Assembly (NCBI GenBank): GCA_045651165.1
Contig: JAZRRX010000037.1
Location: 584-64,583 of the forward strand
Direction: 5' to 3'
Length of the DNA: 64,000 nucleotides
DNA from: Eubacteriales bacterium
Lineage (GTDB): Bacteria; Bacillota; Clostridia; Oscillospirales; CAG-272
Part shown: piece by piece, positions 18,302 to 27,871 of the stretch
Layout of the letters: each line of letters starts with the position of its first letter
How positions within the stretch are numbered: the stretch's first letter is position 1
Notes under the pieces: model-generated
Databases searched by the model: none
The model's input: only the letters and a program-made list of their open reading frames with translations
Told to the model about the DNA's origin: nothing
Program-made: the position numbers and the translations under genes

Positions 18302-20233
18302 ATGCTTGCAATTACAGTTAATGAACTTGCTATGTCTTTTGGAGCAAGAGATTTATTCAAAAAAATAAGTTTTGCTCTTGAAGAAAATGACAAGCTCGGC
18401 ATTATTGGCACAAATGGATGTGGCAAGTCCACCCTTTTTAAGATAATTCTTGGTGAAACCGATGCCACAAGTGGCAATGTATTTATCGCAAAAAACAAAA
18501 CTATTGGCATTTTGACCCAGGATTGCGCCTTTGAAGTATCAGACCTCGTTGGCAGAACTGCGCTTGAACAGATGTATGCCGCCTTCCCCGAGCTCATTCG
18601 AATGGAAGAAAAGCTTGCTTTTCTTGAAGAAAAAATGGCAAGTGAAGTGAACCCTAATGAACACATCAAATTAAGTGAAGAATATCACGAGTTATATACA
18701 AAATTTTCAAACCTTGGTGGTCTTGATTATAAGAGCCGTTGCGCTTCAATCCTTCTCAAAATGGGCTTTGAAGAGCGCGCCTTATCCCTTGATGTAGATA
18801 AACTTTCAGGTGGCCAAAGAACACGTCTTGCTCTTTCAAAGCAACTTTGTCGCGAGCCAGATTTGTTGCTCCTCGACGAGCCTACAAACCACCTTGACAT
18901 CGAAACTGTTCAGGTACTTGAAAATTATATAAAAAATTACAAAAAATGTGTACTCATCATCTCGCACGATAGATATTTCCTCGACCAAGTTACAAACAAA
19001 ACCTTGGCTATGGAGCACGGTGAGGCAAAGCTCTATAACGGCAACTATACCCAAAGTATGAAGCAACGCGAGATTGACCGCGAGATTGCAGAAAAGCACT
19101 ATATCAATCAACAAAGAGAAATTGCACGTCAAGAGGCTTATATTGCCCAGCAACGTGCTTGGAATAGAGAACGAAATATCGTTGCCGCCGAAAGCCGTCA
19201 AAAAATGCTTGACAAAATGGTTAAGCTCGAGCGTCCTAAAGAAGCGCCAAAGCCCGTAAAAATAAAATTCACTCAATCACTGCAAAGTGGAAACGAGGTT
19301 TTAAGGGTTGCTGGACTTTCAAAATTTTTCGGTGAAAAGAAGCTTTTTGAAAATATGGACTTTCTTATTCGCAGAAGTGAAAGGGTTTTCATCATCGGCA
19401 AAAACGGATGTGGTAAATCCACCCTTTTAAAGATGCTTGTCGGTGAATGTGAAATATCAAGGGGTGTAATTGAGGCAGGATATAACGTCGAAATCGGCTA
19501 TTTCGATCAGCAAAACCAAAACTTGACCGAGAGCAACACAGTTCTTGACGAGCTTTGGAATGCCTATCCCGACAAAAAAGAATTTGAAATCAGAAGCGCG
19601 CTCGCACGATTCCGTTTTAGCGCAGATGATTGCGAAAAGACCGTTTCGGTACTTTCGGGTGGCGAGCGAGCAAGATTGACACTTGCTAAACTCATTCTTT
19701 CACCCATGAATTTGCTCATTCTTGACGAGCCAACCAACCACCTTGACATTATGTCACGCGAGGCGCTTGAATCGGCTCTTGAAGAATTTGGTGGCACAAT
19801 TCTCATCGTCAGCCACGATAGATATCTTGTAAATAAGCTTGCAACAAGAGTAATTGAAATTGATAACGAAAGAAGCACGGGCTCTGATTTTATTGACTAC
19901 CCCGTATTCAACGTTGGCAATGCCTTTGCAGAATTTATGCACCATAAAGAAACACACCTTGTGTCTTCCCTCTCAGTTGAAGTTGAAAAATCTCCAACAG
20001 CGCAAAAAGAGGATTTTATGGCTCGTAAAAAGCAAGCATCCGATGCAAGACGTGAGCAAAAGCGCATTGAAAATCTCAAAAAAGAGCAAGAGCAAATTGA
20101 AAAAGAACTCGAGCAAATTGAAGCAGACCTCTATGGTGATGCCGCAACGGATTATAAAAAAGCAGCCGAGCTCACCGCCAAAAAGGATGCTCTCGAAGAG
20201 CGCCTTATGGAAATTTATGAGGAATTAGAATGA
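18302..20233 (+). CDS. ABC-F family ATPase
   Basis: Two Walker A motifs (GxNGCGKST), two LSGG signatures, LLDEPTNHLD twice, no TM, C-terminal coiled coil. Confidence 0.95.
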   Translation: MLAITVNELAMSFGARDLFKKISFALEENDKLGIIGTNGCGKSTLFKIILGETDATSGNVFIAKNKTIGILTQDCAFEVSDLVGRTALEQMYAAFPELIRMEEKLAFLEEKMASEVNPNEHIKLSEEYHELYTKFSNLGGLDYKSRCASILLKMGFEERALSLDVDKLSGGQRTRLALSKQLCREPDLLLLDEPTNHLDIETVQVLENYIKNYKKCVLIISHDRYFLDQVTNKTLAMEHGEAKLYNGNYTQSMKQREIDREIAEKHYINQQREIARQEAYIAQQRAWNRERNIVAAESRQKMLDKMVKLERPKEAPKPVKIKFTQSLQSGNEVLRVAGLSKFFGEKKLFENMDFLIRRSERVFIIGKNGCGKSTLLKMLVGECEISRGVIEAGYNVEIGYFDQQNQNLTESNTVLDELWNAYPDKKEFEIRSALARFRFSADDCEKTVSVLSGGERARLTLAKLILSPMNLLILDEPTNHLDIMSREALESALEEFGGTILIVSHDRYLVNKLATRVIEIDNERSTGSDFIDYPVFNVGNAFAEFMHHKETHLVSSLSVEVEKSPTAQKEDFMARKKQASDARREQKRIENLKKEQEQIEKELEQIEADLYGDAATDYKKAAELTAKKDALEERLMEIYEELE

Positions 20234-20236
20234 TAT

Positions 20237-20267
20237 AAAAGGAACGGACAAAAGCCCGTTCCTTTTT
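20237..20267. terminator. bidirectional terminator
   Basis: AAAAGGAACGG...CCGTTCCTTTT. Confidence 0.8.
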
Positions 20268-20291
20268 CATTACTACCAAAACTATTATTTT

Positions 20292-21440
20292 CTATTCATC
20301 ACTTTGACTTTTTTGCCACGCGATTTCACCGTTCACAATGGTATATTTCACAGTAGATGCTATTTCCAAAGGATCACCGTCATAGATGACAATGTCGGCA
20401 TCCTTTCCCTCTTTTAAGCTGCCCAATCGGTGATCCACTCGGCAAATGCGCGCGGCATCTATTGTAATAGCTCGCAGCGCTCCCCATTTGCTCATGCCCT
20501 CCTTAACAGCAAGACCTGCACATAGTGGTAGATATTGAATTCTTGACACAGGATGATCCGTTGTCAGTGCCACTGTTGCTCCAGATTTTTGCAATACACC
20601 CGCCGTTTTGAAATCCGAAAGACTAACCTCATCCTTGCTTCGTGATGCAAGCGAAGGCCCAACGATAGCAGGATATCCGCTTTTCGCAATCTCGTCTGCA
20701 ATCAAATGCCCTTCAGTACAATGATCCAGTGTAAGTCCCAATCCAAATTCATCAGCTATTCTAATTGCGGTAAAAATATCATCGGCTCGATGCACATGCG
20801 CTTTAAGTGGTATCTTTTTTTCAAACAAATCACGGTAACATTCCATACAAAATGATTGCTGATTACAGTTATCGCCACTAAAATACTGCCTTGCTTTCGT
20901 CAACTCTTCTCTAATCAACGATGCAATTCCCATACGGGTGGAGGGTATATTTCCATTTGTTCCATAATTATTCATTGGATTTTCGCCAAAGGCAATTTTT
21001 ATCGCCGCAGGCGCAAGGACAATCATATCATCAATTCGTCTGCCGTGTGTTTTGATGAAAGCAAACTGCCCTCCAATTGGATTTGCACTACCAGGGCCTA
21101 CCATCACGCCTGTGATACCAACAGCCAAAGCGTTGTGAAATGCGCTATCCATTGGATTTATTGAATCAATAGCACGAACGCACGGAGTAATGGGATTAGT
21201 CCCTTCGTTAGTTTGATCGCCTGGATTACTTTTCTTTTCTTCTGCCATTCCTATGTGGCTATGAGCATCGATAAAACCCGGATATACTCGAAGCCCTGAT
21301 GCATCAATGATTTTCATTCTTTCAGTGGGTGTTATATTTCCCGCTATCCTAATTATTTTTCCCTTATCTATCAAAACATCAGCATAGCTTTCTTTTTTTG
21401 TTTCCATGGTAAAAACCAATCCATTTTGAATTAAAATCAC
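20292..21440 (-). CDS. metal-dependent amidohydrolase
   Basis: PGFIDAHSH, KIAFGENP, AHVHRADD, DHCTEG, TTDHP and GSLKEGKDAD motifs. Confidence 0.9.
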   Translation of the reverse strand: MILIQNGLVFTMETKKESYADVLIDKGKIIRIAGNITPTERMKIIDASGLRVYPGFIDAHSHIGMAEEKKSNPGDQTNEGTNPITPCVRAIDSINPMDSAFHNALAVGITGVMVGPGSANPIGGQFAFIKTHGRRIDDMIVLAPAAIKIAFGENPMNNYGTNGNIPSTRMGIASLIREELTKARQYFSGDNCNQQSFCMECYRDLFEKKIPLKAHVHRADDIFTAIRIADEFGLGLTLDHCTEGHLIADEIAKSGYPAIVGPSLASRSKDEVSLSDFKTAGVLQKSGATVALTTDHPVSRIQYLPLCAGLAVKEGMSKWGALRAITIDAARICRVDHRLGSLKEGKDADIVIYDGDPLEIASTVKYTIVNGEIAWQKSQSDE

Positions 21441-21468
21441 GCATTTATCTCCCTAAAATTTTTTTCAT

Positions 21469-21501
21469 GTATAGTTTGTCTTAAAGCGGTCAAAACTATA
21501 C
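21469..21501. promoter_or_regulatory. palindromic element reading as a SigG-like promoter on both strands
   Basis: GTATAGTTT-15 nt-AAACTATAC; GTATA-18 nt-AAAACTA on plus and GTATA-18 nt-CAAACTA on minus. Confidence 0.55.
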
Positions 21502-21530
21502 TCGTTACCAAAATTAAAGGAGAAAATTTT

Positions 21531-21803
21531 ATGAACAATAATTATCAAAACAACCAAAACAACCAAAACAACCAAAACAATCAAAACAATAGCAACAAGA
21601 ACAATCAGAATAACAGCAATAACTATCAGAACAATAACAACTACCAGAACAATAGTAACAACAGTAACAACAACTATCAGAACAATAACAACCAGAACAA
21701 CAGCAACAACAAGAACAATAATAACCAAAACAACCAGAACAACAACAAAAACAACAATCAAAACAACCAAAATCGCTTTAATAATCAGAATAACAATAGA
21801 TAA
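21531..21803 (+). CDS. 90-aa Asn/Gln-rich low-complexity protein
   Basis: AAAGGAG RBS; 59 N and 15 Q; AAC/AAT and CAA/CAG synonymous variation keeps the frame; terminator downstream. Confidence 0.75.
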   Translation: MNNNYQNNQNNQNNQNNQNNSNKNNQNNSNNYQNNNNYQNNSNNSNNNYQNNNNQNNSNNKNNNNQNNQNNNKNNNQNNQNRFNNQNNNR

Positions 21804-21853
21804 AAACAATACTAGTTATCATCCTCAAAATTCGCAACAAACTATTAAAAGCG

Positions 21854-21891
21854 AAAAAACGCCTTCCGCATTTATTTGCGGAAGGCGTTTT
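21854..21891. terminator. bidirectional terminator
   Basis: AAAACGCCTTCCGCA...TGCGGAAGGCGTTTT. Confidence 0.85.
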
Positions 21892-21924
21892 ATATTGATT
21901 AAAATTTGCTAAATAAATTTTATA

Positions 21925-23118
21925 TTATTCAGTAGTATAGTTGTCAAAATATCCCTGAATCCAAACGATTGGTGTACCCTTATCGCCGGAGCCGGATGTA
22001 AGGTCGCAAAGTGAACCGATAAGGTCAGTAAGCTGACGAGGTGTTGTACCTTCAGACGCCATTTTACCAACAAGGTTATCATCCTTTTGAGTAATTCTTT
22101 CCTTAATAGCATCCTTAAGAGCATCACCTGAAAGGTCTGCAAAATCGTTGTCTGCAAGATACTTGAGCTTAAGCTCATTGGGTGTGCCTTCAAGACCTGA
22201 TGTATAAGCAGGAGAAACAACGGGGTCAGCAAGCTCCCAAATCTTACCTACAGGGTCCTTAAACGCGCCGTCACCATAAACCATTACCTCAATGCGCTTA
22301 CCTGTTGCATCAAACAATCTCTTTTGAATGTCTTCAACAACAACCTGGCAATCTCTTGGGAAGAGCTTAACCTGCTCATCAGTTGCCTTGTTTGAACCAA
22401 GAAGACCGTAATGCTCGTTATAACCACTACCGTTTACGCTTTCAGACAAAATGTCGTCAAGACCATAAACTTTTTCAGCACCTGCAGCCTTCAAAAGTCT
22501 CTTGCTTCTGTGTCTTGTGTGAATGTCACAAGTCAAAACGTTCTTTGTGTAAGGAAGAACTGCTCTTGGGTCATTTGCAAAGATAATTTCGCAATCAGCA
22601 CCCTGTTCTCTTATAAGTTCTTCATAAAATTCAACGTAGTCAACACCAGTAAATCTGTGTTTTTCATAACCAAAAAGCTCTCTATACTTTTCAAGTGTCA
22701 AAACATCGCTGTAGGGGTTAACACCCATTTCATCAACCTTGTCAAGGGATACAAGATGGTTACCAACCTCGTCAGAGGGGTATGAGAGCATAAGAACAAT
22801 CTTCTTTGCACCTCTTGCAATACCCGTAAGACAAACTGAAAATCTGTTTCTGCTAAGGATTGGCAAAATAACAGCAACTGTTTCTCCACCAAACTTTGCT
22901 CTAATGTCAGTTGCAATATCGTCAATTGTTGCATAGTTGCCCTGTGCACGAGCAACGATAGCTTCGGTCATCGCAACAACGTCGCGATCTCTAATTTCAA
23001 TATTTTCTTCTCTAGATGCTTCAAGTATGCAGTTTGTAACAATCTCAGCAATATTGTCGCCATTTCTAATAATTGGTGCTCTAACACCACGAGAAACTGT
23101 ACCAATAGTACGACTCAT
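21925..23118 (-). CDS. coenzyme F420-0:L-glutamate ligase (CofE)-family protein
   Basis: RGVRAPIIR-GD, TEAIVARAQGN, and DLTSGSGDKGTP C-terminal motif. Confidence 0.8.
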   Translation of the reverse strand: MSRTIGTVSRGVRAPIIRNGDNIAEIVTNCILEASREENIEIRDRDVVAMTEAIVARAQGNYATIDDIATDIRAKFGGETVAVILPILSRNRFSVCLTGIARGAKKIVLMLSYPSDEVGNHLVSLDKVDEMGVNPYSDVLTLEKYRELFGYEKHRFTGVDYVEFYEELIREQGADCEIIFANDPRAVLPYTKNVLTCDIHTRHRSKRLLKAAGAEKVYGLDDILSESVNGSGYNEHYGLLGSNKATDEQVKLFPRDCQVVVEDIQKRLFDATGKRIEVMVYGDGAFKDPVGKIWELADPVVSPAYTSGLEGTPNELKLKYLADNDFADLSGDALKDAIKERITQKDDNLVGKMASEGTTPRQLTDLIGSLCDLTSGSGDKGTPIVWIQGYFDNYTTE

Positions 23119-23221
23119 AATAAAATCTCCTTTAAATTTAGGATTAACAAAAAAAGTATATCACTATTTTTTTATCTTGTAAAGTTATTTTTTATAAAAA
23201 ATTTAAATTTATGTGGTTTAT

Positions 23222-24307
23222 TTATGGATTTATGACATCAAATATTGTTTCCATATCTATAATGGTATTTTTATTTGAAGGATATGCGTCAGATCTTACC
23301 GCTTTTGCGGTAACCAAAACAAAATATTCTCCTGTAACATCGTTTCTGATATACGAAACAAGACAATATCCCGCCTTATCCTCAAGTCCGCTCTTTGCGG
23401 CAACAAGAGTATAATCATCCCCCAAAACTTTTTCGGGATTTGTACCCATATTGTTCAAGGTCTTTGAAAGAGTTGAGTTATAATATGTCATCTCAACAAA
23501 ATCCAATTTGTAAGCAATTCCTCCAAAGAATGCAACACAATCATCATTTTCCATAGCATATGCCATAATTGCAGCCATATCACGGCAAGTAGTCTGGTTT
23601 TCTTCGGTATCCATACCGATTGCACCACCAAAATGAGTATTTTGAAGTCCAATTTTTTCTGCTTTTTGATTCATCAAGGTTACAAAATCTTCAATTGACA
23701 AGCCAAGATAATCCAAAAGACACAAAACAGAATCAGCACCCGACATATATGAAATTCCATAAATCAAATCTCGCACACTCACTTTACTTCCAATACAACT
23801 TGAAAGCCAAGCGGTAGACGCTCCTTGCGGAACTGTATTCAAAATTTCACGAGTTATCACATATTCGTCATCGAGATTTTCAATCAAATCAAGAGCAACT
23901 ACAACCGTCATAACTTTTGTCATGGAGGCAGGATAAATCACCTCATCTGCATATTTATGTGCAAGAGTAGCCATGTCGGAAAGTCGCACCAAAATTGCAT
24001 ACTCGGATGACAACTCCATCTGATACAATCCCTTTCCCCCTTCGGTTGCAACATAAGTGGGAGTGGATGGGTCACCATTTGTTGAGGGGTTAGCACTTGT
24101 TGTTTGCTTAATTGGATTCCATGCAGGCAAGCTGAAATCACCAAACACCGCAAAAAATGTGCAAGTGATTATCGCAAGCACCACAATTGAAGCAATTATC
24201 ACAAGAGAGGATTTCTTTGCATCATTGATGAAAGAGGAAGAAATAAATCTATTCTTGCTCTCCTTGTGGGTGCGAAGTTCCCCGCTGTTATATTTGTTTT
24301 TATTCAT
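23222..24307 (-). CDS. S11 family D-Ala-D-Ala carboxypeptidase-like protein
   Basis: YPASMTK (SxxK), SGAD, KSG; N-terminal TM. Confidence 0.85.
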   Translation of the reverse strand: MNKNKYNSGELRTHKESKNRFISSSFINDAKKSSLVIIASIVVLAIITCTFFAVFGDFSLPAWNPIKQTTSANPSTNGDPSTPTYVATEGGKGLYQMELSSEYAILVRLSDMATLAHKYADEVIYPASMTKVMTVVVALDLIENLDDEYVITREILNTVPQGASTAWLSSCIGSKVSVRDLIYGISYMSGADSVLCLLDYLGLSIEDFVTLMNQKAEKIGLQNTHFGGAIGMDTEENQTTCRDMAAIMAYAMENDDCVAFFGGIAYKLDFVEMTYYNSTLSKTLNNMGTNPEKVLGDDYTLVAAKSGLEDKAGYCLVSYIRNDVTGEYFVLVTAKAVRSDAYPSNKNTIIDMETIFDVINP

Positions 24308-24319
24308 TTTTTCTCCAAA

Positions 24320-24880
24320 TCAATTATTTTTCATTTCATCAAGTTTTGCCTTGATTTGCTTCATATCCTCAAGCATTTCTTCTTTTTTGCGAGGATCACG
24401 CAACAAAAGCGCAGGATGATATACAGCAGTCATCAAGAAATCGCCTCTCTGTACCCACTGTCCATGCTCTTTGGTTATGCGATAATTTGGGTCAATAAGA
24501 CGTTGCGCAGAAATTCTGCCAAGACAAATAATCATCTTGGGCTTTATGAGGCGTACTTGTTCGCGCAGATATCCCATACAGGCATCCTCTTCATCGGGTT
24601 TGGGATCACGATTTTTAGGAGGACGGCATTTGAGAATATTTGCAATATAAACACTCTCGCGAGGAATGTCAACTGCAAACAAAAACTTGTCAAGAAGCTG
24701 ACCTGCACGTCCTACGAAAGGAGTGCCCGAAAGATCCTCTTTTTCACCGGGCGCTTCGCCAACGAAAAGAATATCCGCTTCTCTGTTACCCACTCCAAAA
24801 ACACAATTGGTTCTTGTTTTGTGAAGCTCGCACTTCTCACAAGAAGCGCATTCGTCATATAATTCTTCCCAAGTTTTCAT
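24320..24880 (-). CDS. family 4 uracil-DNA glycosylase
   Basis: CxxC, GEAPG, PFVGRAG, NILKCRPP and YHPA motifs. Confidence 0.95.
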   Translation of the reverse strand: MKTWEELYDECASCEKCELHKTRTNCVFGVGNREADILFVGEAPGEKEDLSGTPFVGRAGQLLDKFLFAVDIPRESVYIANILKCRPPKNRDPKPDEEDACMGYLREQVRLIKPKMIICLGRISAQRLIDPNYRITKEHGQWVQRGDFLMTAVYHPALLLRDPRKKEEMLEDMKQIKAKLDEMKNN

Positions 24881-25042
24881 ATATCGACTCCTAGAAAATC
24901 AAATTCAAAGCCAAAAGGCAAATACAAAGTTATTATACCAAATTTTTGATAATTTTTCAACAGAAATATAAACATTTATTAATGTTTTTTAAACAAAAAA
25001 GATGTCTCACTTTAACAAGACACCTTTTTGTAGTTCAATTAA

Positions 25043-25369
25043 TCAAAACAAAAGACCAAAGAGAAAAAGTTCAGGAAGCGCCACTGCCAAAACAATTCCA
25101 AAAATAAATGATATTACCCATGAAATAATAGCTGTTACACCACATGCCTTTGCTTTGTGGGGCAATTCATTACCTTTTATAGCCCAATAAATTATTCCAA
25201 ACAAAGGTATAAAGAAGGATAAAATACAAAGCCCAACACTTGCATTATCTTCAAACGGGTCATAGTATGTACCGTTTTCGTTGGGATTGTATCCTGTAGA
25301 ACATCCACATCCCGGGCAAATAACCGCCTCATTATGTATTTCTTTTCCACACTTAGTACAATATTTCAT
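25043..25369 (-). CDS. zinc-ribbon domain membrane protein
   Basis: MKYCTKCG...CPGCG plus two TMs; GGGGGT RBS. Confidence 0.8.
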   Translation of the reverse strand: MKYCTKCGKEIHNEAVICPGCGCSTGYNPNENGTYYDPFEDNASVGLCILSFFIPLFGIIYWAIKGNELPHKAKACGVTAIISWVISFIFGIVLAVALPELFLFGLLF

Positions 25370-25504
25370 ATAAACACCCCCTATATTGTTCACAATATAT
25401 GCACCTATATTATAAATATAAAGTAAAATTTTGTCAAGTGTTTTTCAAAATATACTTATTAGCAATCAAAAAAGAATGTAAAATTGCATCTTTTTTGTTT
25501 ATTA

Positions 25505-26191
25505 TTAAATTTTATACGCCTTATCAACAGGAAGCGCCATGACAGTACCATTTGCGTCACTTAATACGCCGTGGTTTCGGTTGATTTCCTCCATGATTTT
25601 GGCAGCAGTGCCTGCGGGTGCAAAAATAGTGATAACATCTCTTTCTTGATGAACTGCTTCTTCCCCAAGTTGCTCCATCATGCCACTTTCAGCAAGACGA
25701 GCACGCAAAACAGTACCACCCATAGCGCCCGCGCTTCTTGCGGTTTGCATAACCGCATCAGTGTATCCTTGATTTACAGATATAATAATAAGCTGATGCT
25801 TTTGTCCGCTTTTCACTTTCTTTTTACCTCCATTTGCATCAATTTCTTTGGAAGCTCTTGTAACAAACTCCGAGTACAATCTGCTAATCGCAGAAAGTTT
25901 AACACATATCATAAGACCGCCATATTCAAATTTTGAATTAATTCCGTCCGATATGTTATTTAGAATATACGAATTAATTATACTTTCTGGAGCTAAACTA
26001 ATGACGATATCCTTGTCATTGCTACCAAGTCCGAAAATATCCATCATTTCAGATGGAGCAGTTCCAACACCATTTAATTGAGTGTGAAAACCAATCCCGT
26101 TCTCTTCAAGACTTTCCATATATTTTTTAGCTTTTCCACGAGTTATGATAGAAAAAACCATCATTATGCGGTTCATAGATTCACTCATCAC
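25505..26191 (-). CDS. tandem P-II-like regulator
   Basis: Two PII-like halves (GVGTA...; ARSAGAMGGTVL); overlaps the DUF1538 stop. Confidence 0.75.
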   Translation of the reverse strand: MMSESMNRIMMVFSIITRGKAKKYMESLEENGIGFHTQLNGVGTAPSEMMDIFGLGSNDKDIVISLAPESIINSYILNNISDGINSKFEYGGLMICVKLSAISRLYSEFVTRASKEIDANGGKKKVKSGQKHQLIIISVNQGYTDAVMQTARSAGAMGGTVLRARLAESGMMEQLGEEAVHQERDVITIFAPAGTAAKIMEEINRNHGVLSDANGTVMALPVDKAYKI

Positions 26192-27705
26192 AGCACCTCC
26201 TCGTAATAAATCATATCATCTTCAAGTTGCAAAATTTCATGCTTTGCCTTAGCAAGTTGTTTTTTGCGTTTAACTTCACCATAAAGTCCCAAAACCTGAA
26301 TTGCAATAAGAGGAGTCATAGCTATCATAGCCACTATACCAAAAGCATCGGTAAGAATGTTTCCTCCAAGTGCATTACATGCACCTATAGCAAATGGCAG
26401 AATAAATGTCGTTGACATAGGGCCACTTGCAACACCACCCGAGTCAAATGCGATACCCGTATACAAAGGTGGAACAAAAAACGTGATAACAAGTGCAATA
26501 AAATAACCACAAATTAAAATTGGCAAAATTGGTATTCCAGTAAGAACGCGAAGCATTGCTATACCAACTGAACAAGCAACACCAATTGAAAGCGCAAGTC
26601 CAATCGAATTTTGAGAAACTGAACCATTAGTGATTTCTTCAACCTGCTTCTTTAATGAGTGAACAGCCGGCTCGGCACTAACAACAAAATATCCCATCAA
26701 TGCTCCAATTGGAATAAGGAGATATTTTGCTTCTCCCATCGCAATTCTTTCACCTATCAATCTACCTGCAGGCATAAATCCAACGTTTGCGCCCGTAAGG
26801 AAGAAAACAAGACCGATATATGTATAAACAAAGCCTACAGCCATTCTCAAAAGCTGATGCTTGTTAAATCTTCTTGTGATGAGTTGGAATACCACAAGAA
26901 CTGCGAGTATCGGCACAAGCGCACCAAACACCTCTTCTGCATATTTAGGCAATCCCTTAACGAATGCAAGAAAAGCATCCTTTGTAGTTTCAGCTATAAT
27001 GAATGTTTCATGAGTAGTCGCGCTTTCAGGTTTGAAAACAATGCTCAAAAGTAAAACGGACACGATAGGTCCTATTGAACAAAGAGCTATAAGACCGAAA
27101 GAGTTTTCTCTTGCATTTTTGGCATTACTCATGGATGCAATACCTGCACCAAGAGCCATAATAAACGGAACTGTTATAGGACCTGTTGTAACTCCACCCG
27201 AATCAAATGCAGTGGGTATAAAATCTTTAGGAGCAAAAAATGCTAAAACAATAGCCAGGCCATAAAAAACAAGCAATAAATTATTGAGTTTAATTCCCTT
27301 GCGTGAGCGAATCATCGAAACAACCAAGAAGATACCAACTCCAACCGCAACAGAAATGATAAGCACCATATTTGAAATGGATGGCACTTGCTCTGCCAGT
27401 ACAGTCAAGTCGGGCTCTGCAATAGTAATAAGAACGCCCAAAACGAAGCACACAAGCAATGGAATCCCAATGCGCTTGGCCTTTCCCAATGTCGCGCCTA
27501 TGCCCTCACCCAATGGCTCCATTGAAATTCCCGAACCAATGGTAAAAAATCCCATGCCTATAATGAGCAATAGAGTTCCAAAAAGGAACATAACGAGAAC
27601 TCCCGATTCCATTGGTGCGAAACTGACACTAAGGAGCAAAACTATGGCAAAAATCGGCAATACAGATTGCAAAGACTCTTTAAAGAACTTTGTAAGATTA
27701 TTCAT
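26188..27705 (-). CDS. tandem DUF1538 membrane protein
   Basis: Duplicated AEP and AFDSGGV(T/A)(T/S)GP motifs. Confidence 0.85.
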   Translation of the reverse strand: MNNLTKFFKESLQSVLPIFAIVLLLSVSFAPMESGVLVMFLFGTLLLIIGMGFFTIGSGISMEPLGEGIGATLGKAKRIGIPLLVCFVLGVLITIAEPDLTVLAEQVPSISNMVLIISVAVGVGIFLVVSMIRSRKGIKLNNLLLVFYGLAIVLAFFAPKDFIPTAFDSGGVTTGPITVPFIMALGAGIASMSNAKNARENSFGLIALCSIGPIVSVLLLSIVFKPESATTHETFIIAETTKDAFLAFVKGLPKYAEEVFGALVPILAVLVVFQLITRRFNKHQLLRMAVGFVYTYIGLVFFLTGANVGFMPAGRLIGERIAMGEAKYLLIPIGALMGYFVVSAEPAVHSLKKQVEEITNGSVSQNSIGLALSIGVACSVGIAMLRVLTGIPILPILICGYFIALVITFFVPPLYTGIAFDSGGVASGPMSTTFILPFAIGACNALGGNILTDAFGIVAMIAMTPLIAIQVLGLYGEVKRKKQLAKAKHEILQLEDDMIYYEEVL

Positions 27706-27871
27706 AATTTTCTCCTTTCTAAAATTTACATATTAATTATATACGATAAAAAACGAATTGTCAATCTGTTTGTTTTTGAATTGACAATATTTATATAAAA
27801 TATACTAAAAAAGGGCAGAAAAATTACCATTTTTCTGCCCTTTGATTTGAAATTGTATTACCAAAATTCAA

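Noticed and set aside
18302-20233. Antibiotic-resistance ABC-F
   Set aside because: It looks like a housekeeping ABC-F with a C-terminal coiled coil; I see no attenuator leader or mobile context.
21531-21803. CRISPR array or pure microsatellite reading of the AAC-rich tract
   Set aside because: There are no constant repeats with unique spacers and no cas genes; the variation is codon-structured.
21465-21809. Antisense 114-aa Val/Ile/Leu ORF as a membrane protein or toxin
   Set aside because: It is the automatic reverse complement of Asn/Gln codons and has no RBS; the plus strand has the RBS and terminator.
23222-24307. Inactive carboxypeptidase because SxN reads SGA and KTG reads KSG
   Set aside because: The SxxK motif is intact and such variants are seen in clostridial S11 proteins, so inactivity cannot be supported.
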